Shown: positions 55,103-64,000 of the stretch, piece after piece | Numbering within the stretch: position 1 is the first letter of the stretch | How the letters are laid out: each line of letters opens with the position of its first letter | Source of the DNA: Mayamaea pseudoterrestris | Taxonomy: Eukaryota | Length of the DNA: 64,000 nucleotides | Direction: 5' to 3' | Assembly (NCBI GenBank): GCA_027923505.1 | Contig: BROI01000026.1 | Location: forward strand, 124,001-188,000 | The notes under the pieces: generated by a model | Seen by the model: only the letters and a program-made list of their open reading frames with translations | What the model was told of the DNA's origin: nothing | Databases searched by the model: none | Made by a program: the position numbers and the translations under genes

Positions 55103-56083
55103 TTAGTATTCGTCCTTTTCATCATCAATCTCGTGTGCGGACACTCCGCGACGCACGGCGTTGGCTACCTTGCTGCGGGCGCTTCCATCGGCGTACTTTT
55201 GAATGTGTTCTAAATATTGATCCTTGTCGGGTAACGTTCGCTTGACGCTCTCCAGATTCATTACGTGATGATACCAAGCGTGGTATGGTTCAAATTCAGT
55301 TGACAGTGGAATGGTGTAGCTCGGGCCTCGATGGTGCGCCAAGACGTAGTATCGAAAGGCCCAGGGCACGAGCGCCAAATCAACACTAGACAATTGTTCA
55401 TTTGGTAGAAACAAAGGTCCAGTCGTCTTGCTCAGCTCCTTGGAAAAGTTTCGCAAGCCGTTGAGCAGCGCGTCAAAGTGCGTCCGGCGTTCCGACTCCT
55501 CCTTGCGCACCAAGACGCCGCTGGATGAAAACGAGCAAGCGCAACTGTTAGTCAAGCAAGAGCAGTCTGATTTGAAGGCCCTCAAACACTTTCACGTTGC
55601 TCTTGCTCTCTATACAAGAAAGTATTGTACTTACTAGTACGGTGAACAGCATTCTCGATTGACCTTGTCCGCCCAAATACGCTGCCGAGCCGCTTGATAG
55701 GGATCGTCCGATACGAGTCGATCCTTACCAGTAGCTTTTGACACGGCGTCAATATAGTCAATCGTCACGAGCGACTCGTATACTGCTTTCGATTCGTCTG
55801 GAACGTTTGTCGACGAATTGATTGGAATGAGTGTTGGCACAAGTGCGGATGGATTGGCTCGCTTGAGTTCGTCCGCCTTCCAATGATAGTACCACTCGTG
55901 TGAATTACCCGTCACTTGATCCTTGTCTTCCTGCTGGTACCAGCCAAGGGCTTCGACCCATTCATAGTCAACCTTGTTCTTGTGATGCTCGAGTGCAAGC
56001 GTCGCCCGATGCGCGTACGGACAGAACCAGGCACTCAAGTATCGGAATTTGGGAATTGCTGCTTTGGAAGTTGATGCTGCCAT
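55103..56083 (-). CDS. Glutathione S-transferase, omega-like (2 exons)
   Basis: WFCPYAHR active site, LVPTL, ESLVTIDYID, LSSVDLALVPW. Confidence 0.85.
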
Positions 56084-56397
56084 GTCTTTATTATTAGTAA
56101 AAGCGACCGTTAGTGTAATATAGCAAGCAGCTTTTCTTGATCGTTTGAAAGAAGGTTGCCGAAAATGTAACACTCATCCACCCATCCATGGTGGCGAGGA
56201 ATAAACACTGTGAGTGCCGCTGCGTCTCACGTGAAAACGCCAGACGTCATCTCTAACTAAGCTCTTTTCGAGCGAGGAATCGTCGCTGAACCACAACGAC
56301 GAGCAGCAGCGACAAAAAATCATTCCGCAACCGACAAAGCATCTTGCCTCCTTGCCCTCCTTTGCTACCATTGCAAAGACTCTAATAAAATCCAAGC

Positions 56398-56625
56398 ATG
56401 GCTATTCCTTCTACAGTAATAAGCGGAACCATCAGCTACCTCTTGCTGGGAGCGCTTGGACTTGGATTGCTTTACTCGTCACGAGCGACTGGGTTGCTTT
56501 CCAAGGACAATACCGACATTGGTAATGTTGTCGTTTCGATTTGTACCTTTTGCATGTGGCTCTTTTGGCTCTGCGCATGGCTGCACCAGTGGCATCCTCT
56601 GATTGTTCCCATTTATGAAGGATAA
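56398..56625 (+). CDS. VHA-e: V-type proton ATPase subunit e
   Basis: 75 aa, two hydrophobic helices, CMWLFWLCAWLHQWHPLIVP signature. Confidence 0.9.
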   Translation: MAIPSTVISGTISYLLLGALGLGLLYSSRATGLLSKDNTDIGNVVVSICTFCMWLFWLCAWLHQWHPLIVPIYEG

Positions 56626-56905
56626 AGCGAGCGAGCGATGACACAAAGATTACGTGGTTGTGGTGACACATTGACAATGTCACTGGCATGGATCGCGTAT
56701 AACTTGGCGCTATATTGCAATTGACTCGCTTTTAATGTCTAGCGTAATTGGGAATAGATATGAAATTTATTCGTCCATTTTTTTGCTTATTGCCTTCTTG
56801 TAGCCTTCACTTTTCACTTCATAAAAGGCGTATTCGATTTACTGTTGTGACTGGTTTCTCTCGTACATTTACTGTAAACGATGTTTAACTCTCTTTCATT
56901 TAATG

Positions 56906-63528
<6,623 letters not shown>

Positions 63529-64000
63529 GGCAAAAGACGAGACTTTTATGGTCGAACGTTTGCCAGTAAGAACGATGATGGATTGAATGAGCAAGATGCA
63601 AGATCGCGAAGCTGCTGCCTTGTTTGTGGTGCTTCGCGAGACGAAAGTCGTACCGGTATGTGTATGTCTTTTCAGTCCCGCTTTTGTAATCGTTTCGCGA
63701 TGCTCGACCATGCGCGATGGAACGAATCGCTGCCGAAGTAAGCCGCCAGTAGATTGTAGACATCACAACATCTTTTGTTATCAAAGCGATACTTCGAGAT
63801 AAAAATACTTGTGATAGTATTGCAAAGAAGGATTTACTCTACTGCAAGCTGAAAGAGCAGCTACGCTATCAACACAACGAGTACGAGTTACGATACCACC
63901 TGCAATGAGCTCGATTTACTCCACTCTATCATCCATATGGAGCTCCATACTCTACAAACTTGGATTATGGGAAAAGCAGGCAAGTCTCTTGGTCTTGGGT

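Overview
Eukaryotic nuclear DNA, most likely from a diatom. Evidence: a silicanin-1-like gene, bipartite signal+AF plastid presequences, short GT-AG introns, diatom-type Ty1/copia elements and an HA-domain protein. Gene-dense flanks (1-28.4 kb and 43-64 kb) surround a ~15 kb repeat island. The island holds ~32 copies of a 169-bp satellite with internal dyads, in two blocks. The second block sits between the 5' and 3' ends of a gutted copia element whose PBS matches the anticodon arm of tRNA-Asn (half-tRNA priming). Next come CpG-poor diverged repeats, then a full-length copia element (37797-43022; identical 211-bp LTRs, CTTTA target-site duplication) that splits a sulfotransferase-like gene in exon 1. 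That element's PBS is not tRNA-like. It is a perfect 15-nt complement of its own LTR just after an Initiator-like motif, which suggests Tf1-style self-priming in a copia element. A dispersed 50-bp minisatellite family ending in a hairpin occupies three intergenic regions. All calls come from motif reading; no database searches were run.
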